A stretch of 62,885 bases of DNA, the filler included, from Choristocarpus tenellus KU-1152 (lineage: Eukaryota > Protista > Phaeophyceae): NCBI GenBank assembly GCA_964200185.2. It is 7 parts of 7 records of this genome, joined end to end, with 100 filler letters (N's around TTAATTAATTAA, not from the genome) between each part and the next. Parts side by side here need not be neighbours in the genome. Positions count along the whole stretch, not along the records: positions 1 to 23,272 come from CAXNAD020000254.1; positions 23,373 to 29,454 come from CAXNAD020008983.1; 5 more parts are not named here. The stretch is one strand, 5' to 3'. How positions within the stretch are numbered: the stretch's first letter is position 1; every line of letters starts with the position of its first letter. Under the pieces are notes generated by a model. It did not search any database. It was not told the DNA's origin and saw nothing but the letters and a program-made list of their open reading frames with translations. Positions 13,082 to 25,237 of the stretch are shown piece by piece. A program made the position numbers and the translations under genes.

Positions 13082-16000
13082 ATGTCGTCGGCTGTTTGGG
13101 GATGGTCGAAGGTGGAGGCAACGCCTGAAGGCGGGGCACCTTGCCAAAGGTCTCTCCACGCGGCTGCTGTTCTAAATGAAAGCATGTACATTTTTGGAGG
13201 TGACCAATGTAGCGTCGAGAATTCTTTGCTGAGCCCAAGTCGAGAGGGAAGCGAACGAGTTGGTCGTCACATATGGATTTTTAGAGGAATGTCTGCAGGA
13301 ATTGAAAGGGTAGATTTAAAAAATCAGAGTATGTATCGTAAGGAATCCATGTCATTATCTATCCGACACCAACTAGTAGATGGGGCTGCCGTGTGCAGGA
13401 TTGTGCTTAAAGGCGTGAAGAAGGCGGCTAGGAAAGGAACGGGTTGTCATTTTGAGTCTGTCAGACAAGGTCATGAACTGATTATCGTTAGCAAGTGGTA
13501 TGGTTGAGTCCCTCAACAGATATAGTAGGTAGTATTCTTCTTAGCCTGCCCGGATTCTTTGTCCTTGTTCTTGCATTGTGACCGAAGATGGTGATCTCAA
13601 TTCGCATACAGGAACTCTAAACTCCCTAACTTTTCCCAACGTAAATGATGTATTTGACTTTCCTATGCTAAGTCAGCTCTCCATAAGGTTGGTCGGCCAG
13701 ACTCTTCGCCGGATTCTAGGGTGTCTAGTGTTGGGAATGTTCCTTTACTTGCGGTGGTGTTAGATCTTTTAGACATTATGCACCCGGCCTTCTCGTCCAT
13801 TTGTGGTGATGTGCTTTTCCATTTCTCCATCCCCACAACCTTGCCCTGGATATAATGACCGTCACACAAACACCCCTGCCTTCGCCACCCTTCCTTCCCT
13901 CAATTGAATAGCTCCTTTGCAAGTACACCCACATCACCAATACCCCTCTACCAAACACTCCACTTGGCAGCACACCCACTTTCCCATTCCTTAAGCCCAA
14001 CAACCCTTGTTCCAAAAAAATTGACCATATCAGCCTTGTGTTAGATTAGTTTTTTCCTATGCACCCATAATCCAATATACCCGTGATACTGTTTCCCTTG
14101 CCAATGATGATATCACATCATGTGTATTGCTGTGTGACCCTTGCTATCACCTCCAACACCATTGAAACCAAGGTTATGACGGATCCAACCGTGTCAATGA
14201 TTTCTACGAGTTCATCATTCCAACACGGCGATGGGCCCTGGTCCCTGCTGCCGGCACACCCCCCTCTCCCCGCGACCGTCACACGGGGGTTGTGCATGGT
14301 AATGCCTTCTTCGTCTTCGCCGGGTTTGATGGCAACCAGCGTGTCAATGATTTCTTTCGCTTCAGCTTTGATGCGCACATGTGGGCACCTGTTAGGGTCC
14401 TTTCTGGGACGTCTCCCAGCCCAAGGCACAGTCACGCATCAGTTGTTCATGGGAACTCCATGTATGTTTTTGGGGGCTATGATGGGAGCTACAGGAGCGA
14501 CTTCCATGAGTGAGTCAATTTCTGATATTTGTCTTCTTTGTTGTCTGTCACTGTGTTGTAACCCTAACTGTTGGACCCAGTTGCTGTTGCACACACGCCT
14601 GAAGGCCTTTGAAGCCATGGGGGTGAGCAGGTCCACATACTATCATTTGACTAAGGGTACCTGGTTGTGTGGAAGAGGTAGAAAAAGATGGCTGGATTAG
14701 TAATCTAATTTGATATAGACTACGTTTTTGACGTTAGGTACTTCAAATCATGATTGATGTTGCTGTTGCATATTTCCTCTTTTCCTTTTTTAGAGGGAGG
14801 TTTTACACCCGTGTATGAAAATCCTCGATTTTTGGAGACATGGACAGCACACACTCACATCAAACAGGCATAGGGGACCTCCCAAGCTTAGGATTATTAC
14901 TCAATGTCTCAATTGCCTCAATTATATGACCCAGGCAACAAAATCCTAAGCATAAAGCCTGCTCGTGTGTTCCACCTCATCTCCAGATTCAGTTTTGAGA
15001 GTTCATCATGGGCGTCTGTGATGGCGGCAGGGAGGGTGCCACGAGCTCGCTACCGTGCCACCTGTGCAGTGCATGGGGGCTGCATGTACCTCTTTGGGGG
15101 ACATGATGGAACGCGACACTTGAATGATGTCCACGTATTTGACTTTGAGGTAATCCTATATGTGAATTTTTTGTGCCCACCAATCCTTTTGTTACGGGTT
15201 GATCTGGCAAGGAATTATGGTAGTAGTTGTCATGACCTTGTTCGAGGAGGATGCACACTGCCATGAAGTGGTTTATTTCTAAGCATGATTCGCTATAATT
15301 ATTGTGGTACCTGGTATTAAAGAAGTATTCATTGATGCTACAGAAGGCAGCAAGATCAGCACTTCAACCCTGTTCAACAGTAGTGCACAGTGCAGAAATG
15401 GGTACATGGACACATTGAAACCCTTCGGTGATGTGCAACTCCAATATAATATACCTCAAATCTGTGAGAAATTTCTTCCATATGAACTAAAGAGGGAAGC
15501 CAACATAAACCCCCCTTCCCCCTCCACCATATATTTACCCTCTCACTATTTACTCCACGATATTTCCGCTCCTTCCCCCCCTCCTCACAATTTCTTCCAT
15601 CTCCTGCCTCTTACCTTGATAACCATCTTAAAAGCCTCGCTTTTGGATGACACTGAGCACAGAAGGGCCAGCTCCAATCCCCAGGGACAGCCATGTGTCT
15701 GTGATTCATGGACAGTCCATGTATGTCTTTGGGGGCTCAACTGGTTCTGCCATGAATGACTTCCACGAGCTTCGACTAGACAAGTGTCGTTGGGGGCAGG
15801 TGTGTAACTTCTCCAGATGTAACTCATGCAAAGTATATTTCGATATTTGTTAAGAGTGTGAGTGTGAAGTATGAAACAATCTGATGCCAGAATGAATAAT
15901 AATAGATGGTTGATAGGAACCATTGATCAAGATGTAAAGAGGTTGAAGGACAAGCCCATCTTATTGGCTTTGTTGACGAAATAAGGTATACTGTTGATAT

Positions 16001-19000
16001 ATCTCTTCATATTGTGCCCCCTGCCCCTCTCTTTGCTGGTGTTAGGGCTGAGCTGTTTTCCCTTGGTCCTTGAATGACCTTCAGTCACCTCACCACTCTC
16101 TTGCCCTTCTGACTGACTTTGTTGCTCTTGTGCTTGCCTTGGTGAGCCGTTTTTACTTTGTCCGATCCCCTGCTGTATATAGAGCTTGCATGCCAAGCAC
16201 TTGAAGGAAGAGCTGCATGTACAACAGTTGGTTTTGACTACATCTAGGGTTAGGCCTTATTGCAACTTCACCGTGCCTGTTTTTCCCTAGGGGTAGTGAC
16301 CATCTATGTGATGGAGTCCCGGAGTTCCTCAAATTTTCAAAGCAGTAAAGTGTCTACATGTACCACTTTAGCGAGAGCCCAGTCCTTGCACCATTCTTTA
16401 AAGCCATATTGACATGATTTGTGCACACGACTCACTCCATACCTGTCAGGTTATGAACGTGGAGTTTACTGGTTGGGAATATTATTTATAGTATTATTAT
16501 TTGCTCACCTTTAGTGTGTATAACTTCTCCACTACCTCCACCCTACCTAGTCCATTGACCTGTGGTCAGATGGCAGTGCACACGGCAATATTTCTTCTAC
16601 TGTAAAAACTACTTGCTGTACTACAGCTAATTGCTCTGACCTGTGAGTACCTTGATTTTTCTCACAGATTGGGTTCAGCCATCCCACTGCTCATCGCTCC
16701 ACCCCATCCCTCAAATCTGGTACATACTCCCCACATTCACAACAAACCTTCACCGCCACAACCAAGATCTCTTCATGTGCTTTTTTGTGGTTTAGCACAA
16801 GGTAGTAGGGTACATGTGTACCTTTCTAATGCCCTTGCCACTTGGTCCATTAAATTCAAATTTCCTACCAAGAAAAAAATCTGGCATCTGCTACAGGGGT
16901 TCGTTCAAACCCAGGCATTCATTTGACTGAGTGCAGGTGGACAACTCAGTCAAGTGAATGCCTGAGCTATGCAGACAAATTCATAGACTTCTATACTTTC
17001 CCTACTTCAGTGCATTGACTCGACTTTTGTTTTGAAGTTGACTAAAGCCTCCATTTCTGAGTACATTTACAACTTCTATAGTTGATTCAGTATCAATGTT
17101 TTTTTGTTGCTGGTGCAGGTGCAAGCTCTGGGCAGTGCTCCAAACCACAGATTTTGCCACGTAGCGAGCGTTCACAACAACTCCATGTACCTCTTTGGCG
17201 GATATGATGGAACTAATCGACTCAATGATCTCGTGGAATTCAGGTGAGAACAGCACTGCAGCATCCTAGAACTTTTTCTTGCTGAACAGAAACCTTTAAA
17301 ATGAGATACATGAGTTTTCTGTGATCTTAAATCAGATTTGAAATGGTGACTTAAATATTGGAGCATCCACCAATCCCTGATACAACCTTTATCTTACGCT
17401 TGATACTGAGAAAAATATTAATTGTTGCGAAGTCAAGCAGAGTTTACTAATCTGATGTTATAGTTGGTGGCAAGGAGTGGAACACATACTGTTGGCGTTT
17501 TTTCTGCTCGCTTTCTTGACGCATGAATATACGTGCACTGCCAAAAAGTGGTGTCCTTGGCTGGGTAGTTTGCGGGTGTTGATGTTCAATATTGCATGTG
17601 TGCGCACTTTGTGCTTCCTTTCTGTTGAACCTGTAATTGCAGAGAAAACAAGAGAGGTGCTGAGTTTGAGCTGTTCTGTGGACTGGAGTGTTCCTTGTGC
17701 TTTTTTAGAATTATTATTTTTTGCGACAGGTACAACAGTAAAGATCACTGAAGGGTGTCTCTTACCTTGGAGCACATACATCTCACACTAGATCTTTTCT
17801 GTTTTCAACCATGCCGAATGGCAATAGAACTCATTGCCTTCAGGTGTGTTTGCCATGTATCATTTGCAAGTGTTGTTTAATTCAAGGTTAGGGTTAGGGT
17901 TAGCTAAACTGTGTTTTCCATCCTTCTTGCAGTGCTTGTGGCAAGAGCTTCCCTCCCACACAGACATGGACACTTTTTCTGTTTTTTTCAATGGAAGTCT
18001 TCTGCTTGTATGTGCTGGTGATTCTGCCAAAGCTTGACGCAATAGATTAGGTGGGATTGATCCTGCTGGTGTTGTTTTGTCACAGAATATCTTTAGTCTG
18101 CTGTGCAATTTTTGTAGTGAGATAAAATCTCTCGGGTTGTCACGGGTCTAGTCTTAGTTCACCTCAGTTGGTTTGAGTTATCAACATTTTTGTATGGAAC
18201 TGCTGTTGTGGACATCACTTTTATTGGAAACAGCTCAATTGCGATTTTTGCAAATATAGCACTAGTTTTTTGTCACATGATTTGAAGTATTTGCTCTGGT
18301 TCTACAGTGGTGGGTACATACCTTTTTTATTCTCCTCTATCTTTTTCCCACGGATTTGAGACCCCGAAGACCATTGTGGTTACGCTATTATCAGAGATGA
18401 CGAATCCTCTTTTTGGCGTTGGACCCAAAGTGAGATTCTGGTGGTTTCCCCGGTTCCGTGTGATGTTTCTATATGATTTATTTGGGGGGGTGAAGTCTCT
18501 GTTGCATATTATTTTTTTTTGTGGGAGACAATCATTTTGAGTTTTGTGCTGTTGCTACAAACTTGTTTTTAATGTTTGGATCTGATAGTTTCTGTTGGTC
18601 ATTATCAATATGCTGTCAGACTCTCAGGTATCAAACTGATGTCTGTTTGAAACGGTGGAATCATCGAAATGCATGAAGCGTATCCCCCCCATTTCTCTGT
18701 TTTTGTTTTTTCGATCTTGGTCGGGCATGGTGTGTAGGTTTGGGGTGGATCTGATGAGCTGCGACATCCCCAAGAGCACCCTGATAACAGACCTCAAGGA
18801 GTTTGTCAACAGTGAGACTCTGTCTGATATCACTTTCATGGGTGAGAAGAAGATAAAGAAAAAGACATTGCAGATGTACACGCCACTAGGACAAAGTGTG
18901 CATTATCGCTACAACTTTTTTGAGTTTTTTTATGTCTCAGAGAAGAAGGTTGGGCCTTTGTGTCTCCTCTAGTCAACAAGTTCCTACCATAATTTCACCG

Positions 19001-20848
19001 TGCAGCCTCGGCTTTCCCCCTATATCTTGGCATCGCTATAAAATATGGAAGTATCTCTGGATCTGTTTACAACAAATTTAATTCTCTAATTTTGTTTTAT
19101 GTTAATCATCTGGTAGAGAGCCTTGCCCCTCACTCTTGTCCCATTTTTTTTTTTACTGTTTTGAATGTGGTCACGTATCTTTTAGATACCACCCTTGTAC
19201 TTTTTTTTTAATGCAAGAGTTAGAGCTTTACGTGTGTTACACAGCTTGTTTTTCCTGTCCAACTTGGGGTGAATGAACTGCACTGTATGTCTTTCTATTT
19301 CTTTTCTGTTTTGGGGGTGGTCACTTAAGGGGAAGGCATGCAATGAATTCCTTGAGTGCAGACACTAGAATACAGGAGTGCAGTATTCATGCCTTACTTG
19401 CTGCTGTGGGCTATTTGTGGGTGCTTGTGTTTGGTACAATATGAAGGAAAAGCCTATCCAAGGTAGAGGAAAGTTATGTGTTTTGAGTGGACATTTGCTA
19501 TTTTACCTTAAATGACATTTCAGGATATAAATCGGAAGAGCATTCTGGGGTGTATACCATGATATTTTCACAGGTGAGTTGGAATAGTGTTGAATCTATG
19601 TCCTATTAAAATCGTACCCTCTTTTGGTGCTCTCTGCCATTTGAGGAAAATACAAAATATTTTATTCTAATGAAAAATTGGAAATGGGGCATTTTTCTTT
19701 TTTATTTCAATGGGGTCGCAAGAGACGAGAAAAATATTTGGAATTTTTGTTTTGGCAGTTGACTTTTCTTGTAAGTTAATTGGAAGTAGGCCTCTGTTGA
19801 ACATTTGAGATACCAGTTCCACTGGGGCAGACAGTCACGCATCATTCAAGTGAGTGATAATCACTTAGTAGTACATGTTTTGCCATCATACCTAGAGTTG
19901 TAGCTTTTATCTTCTGGTGGTACCAATTTCGGGAAAATCAACCTTGAACTTCTTATCCCCATAAATGCTCTTACATAACATGCCGCTTACCCTGTCTGGA
20001 AACATAGGGCGGACTCTTCACTCTTGTTAGTTATTTTGTAGACCTGTAAACTAGTGCCGATTATTATCAACCACATTTAATTAATACTGATTAAAATCTA
20101 ACAACTGGATTGTTTTGGACTGGTTATTTTTTTTTTTCACGTGTTGTTCCACGCACACGTGCCACCAAAAGTTCCTGTATTGTATTGTATTGCATGCAAT
20201 GACACATGAAAAGATGTGCACCATGTTGGGATCAGGCTTTTTGCCAACATGAGGGCCCCACACCAGCCAAGGGACCCATTTTCGTGAGGCAACGCTGCTT
20301 GCAGGATGATCTTTCGCATGTGGCTGCCTGCAATGACCTGGACAATTGATCACAAATCAACCACCAGTTGCTGAAATGGTTTTCTTGTAGATCACAAGTC
20401 CTTCCAGTTCATGGCTCTGTTTTCAATTAAATGGATCGATGGGAAGTACTGATTTTTTTGTTTGTTTTAGAGCGTTTCTCGGTTGTTTGTTGTTTTTTTT
20501 GTGTGGAAAATGAAATTTTATTCCTTCAATCTTGAGCTTCTCCTGCACTGGCTCTGCCTTCATTGAGAAGGTACTTTTTCTTATAATCTCCCCGTTCCAT
20601 GGGAACTCGAGGACTAAAGTGAACGTGAGACTACTTTCATGTTGTACCCACTTCCACGCTGTAGATGGAGGATGATGGACAAGAATGCTGATGGTTGTGG
20701 TTCAGATTTTTCCAGAAAAAAAAATGAAAAATATCTGTAAACTTCAATAGAAGTACTCACTCTGAAATTACCAATAGCAGCATTGTGCAGAAAATGTTCA
20801 CCTTTCCACTCTTATCTATACTGACCCAAACGACTCTGCTCCTCAAAG

Positions 20849-20885
<37 letters not shown>

Positions 20886-23062
20886 CCCTCCCTCCCCAGT
20901 GGAAGGCACCCCTGTATATGCACACAAGGTTCTTTGCATGAGGTGCACATACTTTAAGGCAATGCTAACAGGAGAGATGAAGGAGAGCCGTGCAAGAGAA
21001 ATTGAATTGCCGGATGTGAGGCATTCTATCTTCCTGGCACTGCTTGAGTATCTATACACTGACCATGTGAGACATGATGAAGAATGAGAATGGTCCTGAT
21101 GTCATGGAATACCTACCTGCTTTGGAAGGCGGTTTTTGGAGGGGATGAAGAGTGGAAAGTTGCCGAAAACAGTTAGTTGTGATGGATGGGTTTGTGCTTG
21201 TTTTGCTGCAATTCAATTAAATTGAAGTGCAAACGTCAACAATCTAACGATTTTATTGGATCGGTTATTTTCTTGCATACACATGCACTGTGCACTCTCC
21301 TAGAATTTTCTGGGGGCGCTCAGCCATTTGCCTGTCTTGCTCTAATTGTAATTGAACACATAAGAAAAATTCAACCTGTTGATTTTTTTCAACGCGCCTT
21401 TTGATCCGCAATAGAATGGTTTGCATTTGGGGAATTGTGGATTAGACAGGAGTTTTTTGGTTGTGTTGAAGTATGGTGTCAATGTGTTATGGCGCTGAAT
21501 GGATGATTCTTGGGCTTGTGCACTTTGGAAGTGTTGAGTGGAACAATAGAAGAGAGATGTGAATCACATGTATATCGATTTGTTTTCACTGCACTATGGT
21601 ATGATAAGTTCGGATTTGCTGCAGTTGGCTGCAATCGGCGTATCAACAATTTGGGGAGGAGACATGGTTTTAAAATTTGGTTGTAGGTAAGGTGCAACCT
21701 CTTTTGTGTTTTATGTTCATGTTTGACAAGATAACGGTATGTATTCCATATAGTGCTGGAAGAGGTGAGAAATTATACACTTTTTTTTTTCTCCTGTTGG
21801 TAGTACATTTGAAGGTAACTCGGGCACTAATCCATCACATGCTCATCACAATGTGCGAGTTTAATTCATGAATCTGTGTTATGGAGGGGCTACAGGAAGG
21901 AGGTCTCAAGCAAGACTGAACACAGGCAGAGTTTCCGGGGGAGGGGGGGGGGGGATTTTTACCAATGAGAAAACGGCTGAGTTCTTGGGCAAATGATAGG
22001 ACAAAAAAGACAATAATAATGCCTTATTTTTGGACAAATGAAATGTCACGAATTTGAATGCTTTTGAACTTTATATTGAGATCAATCAGTTTGAGGTGGT
22101 GAAAAAGGCAATGGCATATCTTTTGCTGGTGTGTGTGTGTGAGTGTGTGTGTGTGTTAGAAGAGTGCCTCTAGGGTCATCAATTAACTTTAAAGTACATA
22201 CCTGTAAAATACAGCACTCTCCCACTCACTGTTCCATCTTCACGCCTTGGACAACAAATTCAGGTGGATGTTGATCTTGAGATTGCCATGGAATTGTTCC
22301 AGGCTGCGGATCGATTTGGGGTTGATCGCCTCAAGCGCATGTGTGAGAGCAAGATGCTTGCTTCTATCAATGTGGAGAATGCTGCAAGCATTTTTCATGC
22401 GGCAGATGAGCGAAATGCCAAGGTGTGTGGGTGGATGGATTTGTAGGTGGCAAAAAATAGTACAGAAAGAGATGAGTGAAGAATTGTTGAGTTGCATTCC
22501 TAGTGCTGGCCACAAGGCTCTGCATGCAATTTTGTGGGGAACGCACACACAAAAGAAGTATATTTGGTACTAAATGGTGTTGTTATTGAAGCAGCATTTA
22601 TTCCGATTACCTCCTAAACTTGTGTCTGTCTTTGTTGTCATTTGTGTGAATAGGAAACCAGCTGCATTCATCAAACATTCCTCATCTATATGCCCCTCAC
22701 ATCTGTGCATCCACCCCCTGATGCTTATCTGCCAATGATTCCTCTATCCTTGTTGTAGCGCTTGATGTCTGGATGCTAACCTTCACCCTATCCCTCCCAC
22801 ACCTTAACAACTCCTGTCTGATGTCCATGGTGATGACCCATGCACCCATCCCTGGAAACGGTGGTGTTTTCAACTCCAAAACACCACGTTGCTTATACCA
22901 ATAAATACAAACAACTCCTGGCAACAATGGTCAAAGTCTCTCCGAGAGAAGTGCCTAAATTTTATCCTGGGAAATTTTGATGCTGTGACCAAGACGACAG
23001 ATTTTGAGGAAATGGGACGCATCAACATCGAGCTTGTGTTTGAGATACTGCGCAACCGATAA
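13082..23062 (+). CDS. Kelch-repeat + BTB/BACK protein (LZTR1-like Cullin3 adaptor), complete, 9 exons, 487 aa
   Basis: Exons: 13082-13199, 14173-14509, 14987-15149, 15635-15799, 17119-17243, 18738-18841, 20900-21066, 22264-22422, 22937-23062. GT-AG, in phase, 1464 nt. Six kelch repeats (e.g. PSPRHSHASVVHGNSMYVFGGYDG), then BTB (SDITFMVEGTPVYAHKVLCMRCTYFKAMLTGEMKES...LLEYLYTD) and BACK-like helices (LFQAADRFGVDRLKRMCE...LREKCLNFILGNF). Confidence 0.93.
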
Positions 23063-23272
23063 CGCCCCAGCCCCTTCCTCCACCCCACTCCTTGCCAATG
23101 CAAGTTGCGGGTAGCCTATTCTGTGGCTGCAGCAGCTTGCACTCGTGGTTGTGCTTGTACATCTTCTACCTCACGAGTGATCTTGGGGTCTCTTGAGGCA
23201 GTCTAGGGGGGAGGGGGGAGGGGGGGGGGGGGGGGGGTCTCAGGAAGAGGTATAAAGAGGCCATATAACAAA

Positions 23273-23372
23273 NNNNNNNNNNNNNNNNNNNNNNNNNNNN
23301 NNNNNNNNNNNNNNNNTTAATTAATTAANNNNNNNNNNNNNNNNNNNNNNNNNNNNNNNNNNNNNNNNNNNN
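23273..23372. other. Artificial contig linker (N44-TTAATTAATTAA-N44); also at 29455-29554, 39232-39331, 43279-43378, 54384-54483, 58758-58857
   Basis: The same 100-bp structure occurs six times; the 12-mer gives stop codons in all six frames. Confidence 0.97.
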
Positions 23373-23497
23373 TTTTTACAAAAAAGAGGACCCAGACTTT
23401 TTGGGGGTGGGGGGGTTTAAGGGGTTCCCCTCCCCCTTTTTTTTTTTTTTTTCCCCCCCCCCCCCCCCCCCCCCCCCCTCCTTTCCCTCCTGAACAG

Positions 23498-25202
23498 GAG
23501 CTCAAAAGGTATCGGGGCACAGGCAACCTTGGGGCTACCACGCAGCAGGAACGGGACAACACGGGAGAGGTGCTGGATCATCAATCAAGAGTCAAGGTCA
23601 GTGTAAAAAAGAGTAACCGCTGCAATGATGGATACTACAGTGGTCTTAAATATATAGTGCTTGTGCCCAACGTTATGAAATGGGGCCGTTTCACTCTGGC
23701 TTGGTGGGGTCAGCCTCTACTCTGGACCTGTTTTTTTTTTTTTCTGAGAAATTTGTAGTCGATGGATTGGTTAGTTCGAGCGATAACTTTTATCTACTGG
23801 TTATGGTGTGAGGGGTCTTCGTCATATTAAGCATCTAAGGCTTAAAGTACAAAGATAGTATGCGTTGCCGTACAGCTATAGACTATGAGCCCGGTGAAGC
23901 GTCTAAAATTCGAACTTTAAAAATAAATAAATATATATATATATATATATGTATGACGTGTATATTGTATCAAAAAGGTCGGTCAAAAATCCTTGATATT
24001 TGAATTAAGGAGTGATGGGATTCGACCCCCTCTCGTCCCTCCGTTTGCCACCGGAGGTGCACGCCCTTTTTCATGCAATGCAAGGAACAATCATCTCCCG
24101 TCTCTTGTTGAGTGTTAGTATTGAAGGTGGGTCTTGGCTGATGGAAAACGCTCACTAGTGGTGCTATTTCAGAGTGCGTACGACATAATTGTGCAAGCAT
24201 TGTGACTCGCCCTAGGCCTTACAGTCAGTGCAGTGTCTGGGGTGACACCCATCATGGTGAACAGAGGCTAACTAACAAAGAGAAAGTAACGCATCGTGCA
24301 TCACTCTGCCCTGAGCATATCCATGTAGATGGATGGACTTCCCGGCATAGGAGGTGCAAAAACACAACAAGACTACACGGGGTGCTGCGTTAGTCTCCTC
24401 GAAGAATCATGACGGTTTCTATGTACGTACGCCTTCTGCACTTGGGCACTTCAATCATCCCTGCAAGAGTGCTGCACCACTGTGTAATGGACTGCATCCC
24501 GTGAGAAATGATTGTCTTTGGCGTTGACAGTGTTATCAGTTGTCAACAGAGGAGAACAAAACGACCAGGTACAGCTAAAGGTAGCTTGCCTGTGCAGGCA
24601 AGCACATCTATGCAACAACTTGCTTTCATCTCTCCGAAGACCCCTTCTCTTGGCTTCCACCATTTGAGGGGACCACCGAGCTCCCCATCACTACTGCGTT
24701 CACTGGTTGCATTCCGTGGTGTAGCCCTGGGTGGTATTGTAGTTCATCCCTGTGGGTGGTCTCCAAAGGCACTCACTCTCGTGGGCACTTCCCCCTCCTC
24801 CATCTCCATCTCTAGAGGAGGGCACCCCATCACCCCGCTGGTGTTATGTGTGTTATGTCTTAGTTGCCTTCTCGAGCAGCTCAGTCGTGCCAAGCTGCTG
24901 GTTGCCCTCGACATCATCGGAGGAGGTCTCTTGCCCCTTGAGGTGGCGTTTCTCCATGAGGGATTTGGCCCCCGGGTTGAAACTCCACGATTTCGAGTAG
25001 AAGTTCAACGTGCCGAAAGCTTGTGACGGGGCGATAATTAAGCATGGGTACACACACACACAACACACACAACACACACACACACACGCACACAACACAC
25101 ACACACAACACACACACAAGCAAAAGGTATTGTAGCAGCTCCATTTTGTTTTTGTGGTGGCTGTTGATTGGGTGGGCGAGGTGCGTAGAATATATAACTT
25201 GG

Positions 25203-25237
<35 letters not shown>

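Noticed and set aside
13001-13507. 168-aa ORF extending the Kelch gene's first exon
   Set aside because: Kelch homology continues only via the GT donor at 13200; the rest is intron read-through, and the upstream start is not ATG.
14083-14700. 205-aa ORF and antisense ORFs over exons (14118-14435, 24508-25026, 35109-35521)
   Set aside because: Off-frame or antisense shadows of GC-rich exons.
17886-17903. Telomere (TTAGGG)n; also CCCTAA pairs near 25770 and 51057
   Set aside because: Only 2-3 units and internal; not a chromosome end.
20785-20899. Poly-proline segment in ORF 20785-21087 (also poly-Gly/Pro ORFs near 23.4, 25.2 and 29.4 kb)
   Set aside because: Translation of intronic homopolymers; the real exon starts at 20900.
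23317-23328. Recurrent TTAATTAATTAA palindrome as a biological site
   Set aside because: Always centred in a 100-bp N block; it is an artificial six-frame-stop linker.
24008-24066. tRNA/SINE from a reverse B-box-like GGGATTCGACCCC
   Set aside because: No convincing A box or cloverleaf.
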